DNA of 35,958 nucleotides from a virus (taxonomy: Duplodnaviria > Caudoviricetes), in IMG/VR virus record IMGVR_UViG_3300032219_002607, positions 1 through 35,958 of that record. The stretch is one strand, 5' to 3'. Position numbers and translations under genes: made by a program. Shown here piece by piece: positions 1-8,097 of this stretch. A model generated the notes under the pieces. That model was not told the origin of the DNA, searched no databases, and saw only the letters and a program-made list of their open reading frames with translations. Numbering within the stretch: the first letter of the stretch is position 1; the number at the start of each line of letters is the position of its first letter.

Positions 1-2
1 CG

Positions 3-1439
3 ACCCCACACCTTTGCGGCCTCTAGGCTGTTCTGTGCGTCCATTGGCGTCGCTGCCATCGGTGCTACCGACTCGACTTCTGGCGACAATGTGGGGGCTT
101 CTGCTGTCGGGGCTGCTAATTCGACTTCTGGCGACAATGTGGGGGCTTCTGCTTCGGGTGTTGCGGGCTGTTCGCTATTAAAGACCTTCGCAGCTTCCGC
201 TTTATTCATATCCAAGTTGAGCTGATCGATATCTTGAGCTGCTTCGATAGCTCCAACCTGGGCGACTGCTTGAGCTGTCCTAGGCGCACCCGACTTTGCT
301 AAATTCTCAGCTTGGGCAAGAGTTCCGTTTTGGCTCATTTGCTCCATAAGATCGTTTTGACGCATGTCAGAAACTGGATCTTGATTCACGCTTTCTTGAA
401 CGGCTCCTAGTCCTTCCTTGCCAACTCCTCTAGCAAAGGCATACGCAGACCCTGGGACTTCTAGGAATCCCTCAAGGGCTATGGCATTCGGGCTTGTAAT
501 CTCGCCCTCAGAAAGAAGTTGCCCTCCAGCCTCACCGCTAGCACCAAGACCAGCTTCGATAGCTACCCCAGTAGCCGACTCTAGAGCAGTAAGTTTCACT
601 TTCGGTACAAACCCCTTGGTTGTCTTAAACGTGGTTGCAAACCTTCCTCCCAAGGCCTTTGCCACAACCATTGACGCCGCGTCAAAGGCTCCAGGCACAA
701 CTCCCTTTTTAAGAGCTTTGCCTTTTGCTTTGTCCATAAATTCCGTATTGAGGAACGCATCACGAACTTGCGTCGGATCGTTTAGATCAATCCCCTCTTC
801 GGACATTTGCTCAAGCAAAGAGCCAGAATATTCGAGCATAGTAGACGTTGCACCAGCGCCAGTTGCCAACCCTACAGTAGCTCCAATTGCGGCTCCTGGT
901 GCCTTGCCAATAACACCACCAATCGCAGATCCAACCTTTTCAGTAGCAATACTAGTTGCTAGCTGAGAAGGTATATTCTCAAGGAGAAACTCAAGAACTG
1001 CGATTGGCTTTTCTTGAAACCCTTCAAGCACACCCATTTTGTCAGAGCCCACCTTTTGAACGGTGCTGGAAGACGGGTATTTCTCGAGTTCTTTGTTAAT
1101 ACCAGCAAGAGCGTATGAGGCCTCAGGACTTGTCGCGGCTCCTGAAGAAATGGCAGTAACTAACCCAGCTTGCTCAAAGTTTAAAAGGGATCGTGCAGCA
1201 GCGTTTTTTAGAAGCTGCATAGGGCTCTGCGTATCTAGGATATCGTAGTAGGCCGCTTCAAAATGGTTGTTTAAGTAATCTACATCCTCTTGTGTTTTTA
1301 AGAGGCCTTCGCTTTGAGCCACCCCTACGGCGGCATCTCGCCACTGCTTAAAGAGATCTGTTTTCTCGGATACCGAAAGATTCCCGTACTCTGGATCCTC
1401 TGTATAGTTTGTCCAAGGGACGATTGTCTCATCCGCCAT
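3..1439 (-). CDS. Large internal virion (ejection) protein, truncated at window edge
   Basis: Not in the ORF track because it runs off the edge. ATG at 1439 (MADETIVPWTNYTEDPEY...), open to position 3. Gly/Ala-rich membrane-like segments (GSAIGGVIGKAPGAAIGATVGLATGAG). Last of three ejection-type genes. Confidence 0.7.
   Translation of the reverse strand, partial: MADETIVPWTNYTEDPEYGNLSVSEKTDLFKQWRDAAVGVAQSEGLLKTQEDVDYLNNHFEAAYYDILDTQSPMQLLKNAAARSLLNFEQAGLVTAISSGAATSPEASYALAGINKELEKYPSSSTVQKVGSDKMGVLEGFQEKPIAVLEFLLENIPSQLATSIATEKVGSAIGGVIGKAPGAAIGATVGLATGAGATSTMLEYSGSLLEQMSEEGIDLNDPTQVRDAFLNTEFMDKAKGKALKKGVVPGAFDAASMVVAKALGGRFATTFKTTKGFVPKVKLTALESATGVAIEAGLGASGEAGGQLLSEGEITSPNAIALEGFLEVPGSAYAFARGVGKEGLGAVQESVNQDPVSDMRQNDLMEQMSQNGTLAQAENLAKSGAPRTAQAVAQVGAIEAAQDIDQLNLDMNKAEAAKVFNSEQPATPEAEAPTLSPEVELAAPTAEAPTLSPEVESVAPMAATPMDAQNSLEAAKVWG
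73..153. repeat. Exact 33-bp direct repeat, 48-bp period, encoding AEAPTLSPEVE x2
   Basis: tcgacttctggcgacaatgtgggggcttctgct at 73-105 and 121-153. Confidence 0.95.
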
Positions 1440-1442
1440 ATA

Positions 1443-2492
1443 CTATCGTCCTTGGTTATTAGGTTTTCCCGCGGCCTTCTTCTGGCTCGGCAGTAGCGGG
1501 AATGCGTCTTTAAGTGATCTCTTTTCCTCCTGTTTTGGTTTTTGTTGAGTCTTTACGTCGATCTCTTCATCTTCGGTTTCACCGGGTAGCTTGTCTGATA
1601 TACCAGCAGTTTGCTTCGCAATCTGAAGTTTTATTGCGGCCAGATCTCTTTCCTCTTTGAGTTGTTGCTTAACGCTTGCTGGAATAACTGGGTTGGCTGT
1701 TGCGTCTCTGTAGCTCCTGCTCGCTTCGTTAAACTCGATCGTTGCCGTCTTGAGACCTTCAATTGTAAGTTCTGTACCATACTTGTACCGAGCTTTAATA
1801 AGATCTGGGTCACGCTTCTGAACTTCTTTCTCAATCTTGCTGGCCAACGATGCGGCCATCATCTCTTCTTCTTGAGCCAAGGGCTGGCGACGAAGGAGTT
1901 TTCTCCCAAGCATTTCAGAAACTCCTCTGGCTTCCTCTGGAAATCCGTTGTCTGGCGTTAGGTATTTCGAGCCCTTTAGCAGTAAAGCACCCCTTTCGCT
2001 GCGGTCTTTATATTCTGTACTAGAAGCCAAAGCCTTGTCTCGGAGCTCTCGGCCAGCCATGGAAAGCTTGGCTCGCATCCTAGGCCTAAGATTTTCTGGT
2101 GCTTGGTCAATCACACTCATATCTGGAGACCTTTTCTCAATTGCATCTGGATCTCCGTGCAGATTGTCCAATTCAGTCGCAAATCCAGCAATTATCGGCG
2201 CCATGCTAGTGTCAGCCTCCCAATCCACAGCTTGGCGATTCCACATTTGCATTTGTGCATCTTGGTATTTGCCAGTCATATCGAGACGTTTATTTTCCAT
2301 CTCGTAATTGCGATCTGCTTGGCGAATCCCTTCGACGTAGGACTTTTCTCGTAGGCTTAGATCTTTCTGAGCTCTTTCTTCCTGCATTTCTGCAAGTCTT
2401 TGGCGCTCCCCCATTAACCGGTAACTTACAAAAGCTTCTCCGGTTCTAGCTATACTGTTGCCCGCTTGAATTCCGTAAGCTGCCGCGTCCAT
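1443..2492 (-). CDS. Internal virion/ejection protein (helical, charged)
   Basis: Likely start ATG 2492 (MDAAAYGIQAG), 2 nt after the upstream stop. Coiled-coil-like N-terminus; lies between two other ejection-type genes. Confidence 0.6.
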   Translation of the reverse strand: MDAAAYGIQAGNSIARTGEAFVSYRLMGERQRLAEMQEERAQKDLSLREKSYVEGIRQADRNYEMENKRLDMTGKYQDAQMQMWNRQAVDWEADTSMAPIIAGFATELDNLHGDPDAIEKRSPDMSVIDQAPENLRPRMRAKLSMAGRELRDKALASSTEYKDRSERGALLLKGSKYLTPDNGFPEEARGVSEMLGRKLLRRQPLAQEEEMMAASLASKIEKEVQKRDPDLIKARYKYGTELTIEGLKTATIEFNEASRSYRDATANPVIPASVKQQLKEERDLAAIKLQIAKQTAGISDKLPGETEDEEIDVKTQQKPKQEEKRSLKDAFPLLPSQKKAAGKPNNQGR

Positions 2493-2494
2493 AA

Positions 2495-4561
2495 TTACCT
2501 GTAAAAGTTTTGCATATTTGGCCCAGCTCCTAGCCAATTATAGGCCGTGTTTGTGTTAGCTTGGGCAGAGCCCCATCCCGTGTTTCCATATAAAGCCCCA
2601 AGAGGCAAAACCATTGATTGTGGTGCTGATTGCTGCCCTCCGCCGCCTCCACCGCCTCCACCGCCTCCCATAAAAGAACTTAACAGCGACATGGGTGAAC
2701 CTCCACCGCCCATCATGCCCATTTTACCCATTGGCGAAACCAATGAGAGCAACGAGCCAAAACCCCCCATCATGCTCCCAGTTCCTTGACCCTGGGCCCC
2801 ACCAAACGATCCGCCAAGCGGGCCACCAAGCGACATCCCAAGGCCGGCTCCAGCCATAGTTCCAATCCCTGGTATGATAGACCCAACGACCCCGCCCAAG
2901 ATAGCCCCTATACCTCCCCCAAGCATCCCGCTTAATGGGTTTCCACCATTTTTCTGTTCCCATTCATATTGGGCTTGTGAGTTCATATTTGCAGCTTGTG
3001 CATTCGCGTCAGCTTGACGATTTTTGATGTTTAGGTTTGTTAAAGTTTCGTTTTGCCTAAAACCAAGATTAAGAGCGTTTTGCCTGTTTTGCGTGTTAAT
3101 GTTTTCAAGATACGCTGCGTTAAGGCCTGCCGTATTAATCATTCCCGCTTGGTTGCGGAGCGCCAAGTTTGTCCTAGCCATACTGTTTTTCTGTTCGGTG
3201 CTGTACATACTCTCGCGATTGCCAGCATCCAAATTGTACATAGTCATTTGATTGGCGATGTTCGCAAGGTTTTCGTTTTCTGCGTTTGTCAGGCCAAGAT
3301 CGAATAGTTTTGCCTGGTTTTCCAGACCCTGATTAGTCCTACGCATTTCGTTTTCCATGTCGTAGTTGGCTAATGCAATCTGCCGTTCAGTAAACGACTT
3401 ATCTGCCATCATCCGGTTGTTGATATCAAAGTTGGTCAATTGCCTCTGGACTGCCCTGGCGTCATTTGCCCTTCGCTCCTCGTTGGAAAGACCAAAGTTA
3501 GTCAGGAGTTTCTGGTTTTCTAGCGCGTTGTTTGTTCTGAGCTCCTCGTTGGAAAGCTGGTTATTGTAGATGTTCCGCGACCGCTCGGTAGCCACTTTAT
3601 CCCGCTGCTCCTCGCGAGAAGCGTCAAGATTATTTAGGTATTCGTTGTCTCTTCGGTTTACAATTTCCCGAGTCGAGATGAGTTGATCGCCAACTTTCAT
3701 TGTCCCACCGCGGAGTGTTTCAGCCAGTCCCCTATCCTGAAGGACTCGAGCATCCCCCTCTTTCATCAAGTCAAGAGAGCTCCTCCCAAGATCCCGCATC
3801 CCTAAAGATTTTTGAGCTGAAGAAGCGCCTTGTAGGCCAGTTGCTGCGCCAGTTGCTGCAGCCTGCCTAAAGATTTCCGCAAGACCCTCGGCTCCAAGCT
3901 GCCCCTTCTGAAAAGCCTCTGTCGTCTCCATCCGGCGACGAATAGACTCTCTTAAACCTGGAGCCGTTCTGTCTAGCCTCTTTAAAACCTCTTCGTCATC
4001 CAACCTGTTAGCTTCGCCAACAGTGCTGGCCAGCGTCCCCAAGACATCTTTTTGTCTGCCGAACTCATCTCCGTATATGGTCGATACATCAGACATCGCC
4101 GAGCGATCAAGTTTGAGATCAGGTTGTTCACCGAGTTTTTCCAGTTTTACCTGCTTAAGGTCTGCTAGCTGTGCCAGCTGCAGGTCGGGCAGCTTCTCTA
4201 ATTTCGACAACTGTAACTCGGGAAGGGAGTCCAGTTTCTGAAGTTGAAGCGGGGAAAGACCTTTTTCCCCTAGCCTTTGGTAAACTACGTTTTTAAGGTC
4301 ACCGGGTGACAACTTTCCGAGCTTCAGGTCGATTACTTCGGAAGGTTTAATTTCTTCGAGGACCAAAGGTAGCAATTTATCCGGATTAATTTTCTCGAAG
4401 TCAATTGCGCCAAGTTCGCCCGCTGTAAGCGTGCTGTAAACCGGCGCCGTATAAGTTGGCGGGCCTCCTCCTTCACCCTTGAAGAACACGGCCATAGTCC
4501 CGGCAATCCCGTGGACACGGTTGAAACGCCTTTGCTCTTCTCTCTCGATGAAATTTATCAC
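2495..4561 (-). CDS. DNA pilot/ejection protein with hendecad coiled-coil repeats and C-terminal glycine zipper
   Basis: 688 aa; N/Q-rich 22-aa repeats; GGGIGAILGGVVGSIIPGIGTMAGAGLG; GTG start overlaps upstream TGA. Confidence 0.7.
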   Translation of the reverse strand: MINFIEREEQRRFNRVHGIAGTMAVFFKGEGGGPPTYTAPVYSTLTAGELGAIDFEKINPDKLLPLVLEEIKPSEVIDLKLGKLSPGDLKNVVYQRLGEKGLSPLQLQKLDSLPELQLSKLEKLPDLQLAQLADLKQVKLEKLGEQPDLKLDRSAMSDVSTIYGDEFGRQKDVLGTLASTVGEANRLDDEEVLKRLDRTAPGLRESIRRRMETTEAFQKGQLGAEGLAEIFRQAAATGAATGLQGASSAQKSLGMRDLGRSSLDLMKEGDARVLQDRGLAETLRGGTMKVGDQLISTREIVNRRDNEYLNNLDASREEQRDKVATERSRNIYNNQLSNEELRTNNALENQKLLTNFGLSNEERRANDARAVQRQLTNFDINNRMMADKSFTERQIALANYDMENEMRRTNQGLENQAKLFDLGLTNAENENLANIANQMTMYNLDAGNRESMYSTEQKNSMARTNLALRNQAGMINTAGLNAAYLENINTQNRQNALNLGFRQNETLTNLNIKNRQADANAQAANMNSQAQYEWEQKNGGNPLSGMLGGGIGAILGGVVGSIIPGIGTMAGAGLGMSLGGPLGGSFGGAQGQGTGSMMGGFGSLLSLVSPMGKMGMMGGGGSPMSLLSSFMGGGGGGGGGGGQQSAPQSMVLPLGALYGNTGWGSAQANTNTAYNWLGAGPNMQNFYR

Positions 4562-4872
4562 GTTGCTAAAAACCTTTCAAAATAGGGTCGTGTGTGGAAA
4601 AACGGCTTGTTTTTATGTTTCAGTCTTTCGTACACAATCACTTGAACGTCGGGGTGAGCCTTCCAAGCCTCCTCCAGCAACTTGTTTCTTGTCTCCTTGC
4701 TGTCCGCCGCAAAAAAGACAATTCGGAAAAAACCTCTATCGATTTCCGTAACCCCAAGCGCCCCATCTTCCTTACTATAAACATGATCGGCTTGCTTAAA
4801 GGTGTCTTCAATATCTGAATCACTCATAAGCGGCAGACGTTTCTTCAGATATTGCAGTACCCTTTGGTTCAT
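4558..4872 (-). CDS. Small protein, possibly degenerate GNAT-fold (T7 gp13-like position)
   Basis: 104 aa with an alpha/beta pattern, directly before the ejection genes. The fold call is positional inference. Confidence 0.4.
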   Translation of the reverse strand: MNQRVLQYLKKRLPLMSDSDIEDTFKQADHVYSKEDGALGVTEIDRGFFRIVFFAADSKETRNKLLEEAWKAHPDVQVIVYERLKHKNKPFFHTRPYFERFLAT

Positions 4873-4884
4873 CGGTGTTTAGGA

Positions 4885-4912
4885 AGTTTATTTCTTGCTT
4901 GCTTTATGTCAA
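4885..4912 (-). promoter_or_regulatory. Sigma70-like promoter TTGACA-16-TAAACT
   Basis: -35 at 4912-4907 contains the upstream TGA stop; -10 at 4890-4885; ATG at 4872. Confidence 0.65.
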
Positions 4913-7900
4913 GACGTCATCGTGCCTGTGCCGATTATGCCCGGGATATCGATCTCTAAGCTTATGATCTGAGATCCGTTATGTTTCACTTTAAGAATTC
5001 CGCCCGCATATTCTGCTTCAAGACTGCCCGACAAAATATTGGGTCTACTCACAAGCGCCAGATGCGTACCCACACTTCCACCTTGGAGTACTGCAATGTG
5101 GTGATTGTCTGGGTCATGAAAATTTTGATAAGTATCTATCTCAATAGCTACGCTATTTGGGTCTCCGCCTTGATAACCTAGGCCACCTCCGAGACCCGCG
5201 AGGAAGGGAGATTTAGAAAAGATAAGAGCAATTCCGTCAGCTCTGCACCCGCCATCTTGAGGTACTATGATGTTATAATCTATAGACGCGGAAAAGTCTT
5301 TTGAGTCTAGCGGGTAGTACGCCCATATCCCACCACCAGTGTCGAATTCCATCGGATTCAACCTCCACGAACCTTGCCCTAGAGCCAAAACTTGGGAGCT
5401 AGTAAATTCCGGATTTATTTCCGCAGGAGTTCCGTTGACTCTGAAAGATGTAATGTTGTGTATAGATCTGCAATTGCCCGTGCTAGCCGTAACACCAACG
5501 TATATGGGTAGCGAATATAGAACTGACGGCTTTAGCAAAGAAACTTGGTCTTCAGATATTCCGCAACTCGTCTCCGCAATAACTTTCACCAGAACAACCC
5601 CCTCCTCGAGGGAGCCAAGTTCTTGGTTGTTGTAAGTTACGCACCATTCACCTTCTGACACCGGAACCGTCTTTTCATGTTTTCCTTGAATTGTTACTTT
5701 AACGGTTTGCGCTCCCTCGATTTCTGCAGAACCGCATATAGTAAGGTTTCCAGTCCATCGAATTGGGTCAGGTACTTGAGTGATTTTGACTCTTGGCAGA
5801 TTACAGTATTCGCAAGACCCGTCATCTTCAGTTGCGGTTGGACAATAGTTTACAGCGGTAGGGTCTTTGCACCCCCGAACAACAATACCTCCGGTATATG
5901 ATGGCAATGAAGTCGGGCATGACTCCTCAAATATGCATTCGCCTGGGATTGTCGCCCTCGGATCGTAGTTTGATGCAGCTGGCAACATACACCCACGATA
6001 AGTGCAAGAACCATCGTCGCATTCAGCGGTTGCGCTAAAATTGGTTGCCTCCCGGTCCGTGCACCCACTTGCTCCGGGCCTAAGACACCTATTAACTATT
6101 ACTATCTTAAAATTAAGCGTTGCCGTGCCAGCAGAATTTGAAAGTGTTAATGAGTTTAAGTATTCACCAGTCGAACATTCACTCCCTTCTACTTTTAGAT
6201 CTTTAGGGTAATAGACTAAACCGGCTGGCAGAGGGTTGCCGAGGCTACTGCTTGCTACAGGGCCACCAACGTTGATGAACGTAATACTTATTGGGTCACA
6301 GGCATAAACCTGAATGACTAAAAGGCTTCCTCCTCCGCCACTCACTGTTCCCCCAACGACCAGTACACCACCCCCTCCGAAAGCTGGCGGCTGCAAATAC
6401 ACGCAAGATCCGTCGTTCCGAGTAGCTCTAAAGTCGTAATTCAGAGCCTCCGGATCGTCGCACCCCCAAATATCCGTGCCGCACCCTCTCGCGAAGATTG
6501 GTTCGCTCGTTGAGCACGAACTAGTTTGAGTTACCCCGTCGTTTTGACAAACCGTAGTAGAACTTTTTGTATCCACCCCGCAAGGAGTTGTTGCGCCCAC
6601 ATCGTCTTCTTCAAGACTTGATACCGTAACTACACGGATCGTGCTTGAAGAGTTCCCAGATTCATCTGTAGCCGTGTAGGTTAACACATACCTTGCGACA
6701 ACCGAAACATCCACGTTCCCTGTTCTGACTACCTGAATTGGGCCGTCTATCGCGTCTTCAGCGGTAGCTCCAGCTTCGATATAAGGTTGCCCCTTCCCAA
6801 GAGAGACTAGCTCGAGCCCGTTGAGTGTGATAACAGGCGGAACCAAGTCGGGCTGAACAATTATAGTTCTCGTTACCGGGGTTGCGGCATTTCCAGAAAC
6901 GTCGCTTGCTGAATACGTAAGCGTGTATGTGCCAGGGACAAGTCTGTTGAAACTGCTTCCAGAATACACGATTCTGCCTGGATCGTAGTTATCGCTGAAT
7001 GTCGCACCTTGATCTGAATAGTTACCCTTTCTCGGGATGAGTATTTGAGCTGGCCCTATAAGCTGAAGGCTTGGCGGTGTCGTATCGACAACATTGACCA
7101 CCCTTGTTGCCTCGGCCTGATTGCCCGCGGAATCAGCTACTGTGTACCTAACTCTGTAAACTCCGAGAATGTTTTTGTTAACGTTTGAGTCGGTTTGGAC
7201 TGAGAGGGGCCCATCCTTTCCGTCTACAGCCGAAGCCCCCAAATCTTGATAATTGGTGAGAACCTCATGCTGGATCGGGTTTGCCCCGAGGATAACTATT
7301 TGAGGTGGCAGGGTGTCGGGTGGCTCAAGTATCTCAACTGTTCTAGTCACAGTCTGAGCAGCATTTCCAGCGGCATCTACGGCATTGTATTCCCTAAGGT
7401 ATGTTCCAGGGGTCGCCATGTCTACAAAACCAGTTCCGTACACAGTTCGACCTACGTCATAGTTATCTCTTACAAATGCTCCCGGGTCTGGGAAGTTTGT
7501 GCCGGGCGCAGCAAATAGCTTTAACGGATCTTGGTCGAGAAGCGTTATTACCGGAGCAATTGAGTCAGTAATTATAACTGTTCGGGTTAGGCTGCGTTGT
7601 TCTCCGTCCGAGGCAAGAAAGTTATATGTAAGGGTGTAATTGCCGATCTGACTAGTGTTAACTTGGCCTGACACAACGCTCTGAATTTCTAAGAGCTCAA
7701 TGTCACTGCTAGTAGTTATACTCGGCAACTCGCTTTCCCCAAGGCCGTAGCTTATGTCCCTTAATACTTCAGATCCGTTTTCTCTAAGGATGTTAAAGTA
7801 GTATAAGTCAAAGAAGTCTTCTTCGTCATTGTTGAGCCCGTTTACTACCCAACTATTACCGTCTTCCCACTGTATACTACTGTTCTCCTCCTCGTGATAA

Positions 7901-8082
7901 AATGTAGTATGCCCGCCACTTGCTCTTGTGTAAGTACCGTTAGCATAAACCGACCCAGCGCCGCTAAGTACAATCTGACTTATGTAATCCTGTTCACTTA
8001 CGGCTTCGTAGCCAGGCTCGCTATAACTAGAGTTTTGGAGGACGTAGAGCGGATTGTCCCCCAATAGTTGTACTTGGAGCAT
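4909..8082 (-). CDS. Adhesin-like virion protein: DUF5011/HYR-like Ig repeats, Cys-rich GCxD repeats, further Ig domains, C-terminal L-type lectin
   Basis: Repeats D(T/S)x(P/A)PxIxLxG...Y.LTY.A.D..GN....RTV; four GCxxxxAxN(Y/F)xxxAxxxxGxC motifs; lectin motifs ADGIALIF, GGGLGY, VAIEIDTYQNFHDPDNHH. Start ATG 8082 or TTG 8091. Confidence 0.8.
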   Translation of the reverse strand: MLQVQLLGDNPLYVLQNSSYSEPGYEAVSEQDYISQIVLSGAGSVYANGTYTRASGGHTTFYHEEENSSIQWEDGNSWVVNGLNNDEEDFFDLYYFNILRENGSEVLRDISYGLGESELPSITTSSDIELLEIQSVVSGQVNTSQIGNYTLTYNFLASDGEQRSLTRTVIITDSIAPVITLLDQDPLKLFAAPGTNFPDPGAFVRDNYDVGRTVYGTGFVDMATPGTYLREYNAVDAAGNAAQTVTRTVEILEPPDTLPPQIVILGANPIQHEVLTNYQDLGASAVDGKDGPLSVQTDSNVNKNILGVYRVRYTVADSAGNQAEATRVVNVVDTTPPSLQLIGPAQILIPRKGNYSDQGATFSDNYDPGRIVYSGSSFNRLVPGTYTLTYSASDVSGNAATPVTRTIIVQPDLVPPVITLNGLELVSLGKGQPYIEAGATAEDAIDGPIQVVRTGNVDVSVVARYVLTYTATDESGNSSSTIRVVTVSSLEEDDVGATTPCGVDTKSSTTVCQNDGVTQTSSCSTSEPIFARGCGTDIWGCDDPEALNYDFRATRNDGSCVYLQPPAFGGGGVLVVGGTVSGGGGSLLVIQVYACDPISITFINVGGPVASSSLGNPLPAGLVYYPKDLKVEGSECSTGEYLNSLTLSNSAGTATLNFKIVIVNRCLRPGASGCTDREATNFSATAECDDGSCTYRGCMLPAASNYDPRATIPGECIFEESCPTSLPSYTGGIVVRGCKDPTAVNYCPTATEDDGSCEYCNLPRVKITQVPDPIRWTGNLTICGSAEIEGAQTVKVTIQGKHEKTVPVSEGEWCVTYNNQELGSLEEGVVLVKVIAETSCGISEDQVSLLKPSVLYSLPIYVGVTASTGNCRSIHNITSFRVNGTPAEINPEFTSSQVLALGQGSWRLNPMEFDTGGGIWAYYPLDSKDFSASIDYNIIVPQDGGCRADGIALIFSKSPFLAGLGGGLGYQGGDPNSVAIEIDTYQNFHDPDNHHIAVLQGGSVGTHLALVSRPNILSGSLEAEYAGGILKVKHNGSQIISLEIDIPGIIGTGTMTS

Positions 8083-8097
8083 GGCTTCCAAGCCGCC

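Noticed and set aside
73-153. CRISPR mini-array
   Set aside because: Two copies with a 15-nt spacer, in frame within a coding region
2636-2668. CCG/CCT/CCA microsatellite
   Set aside because: Simply encodes a poly-Gly linker with mixed codons
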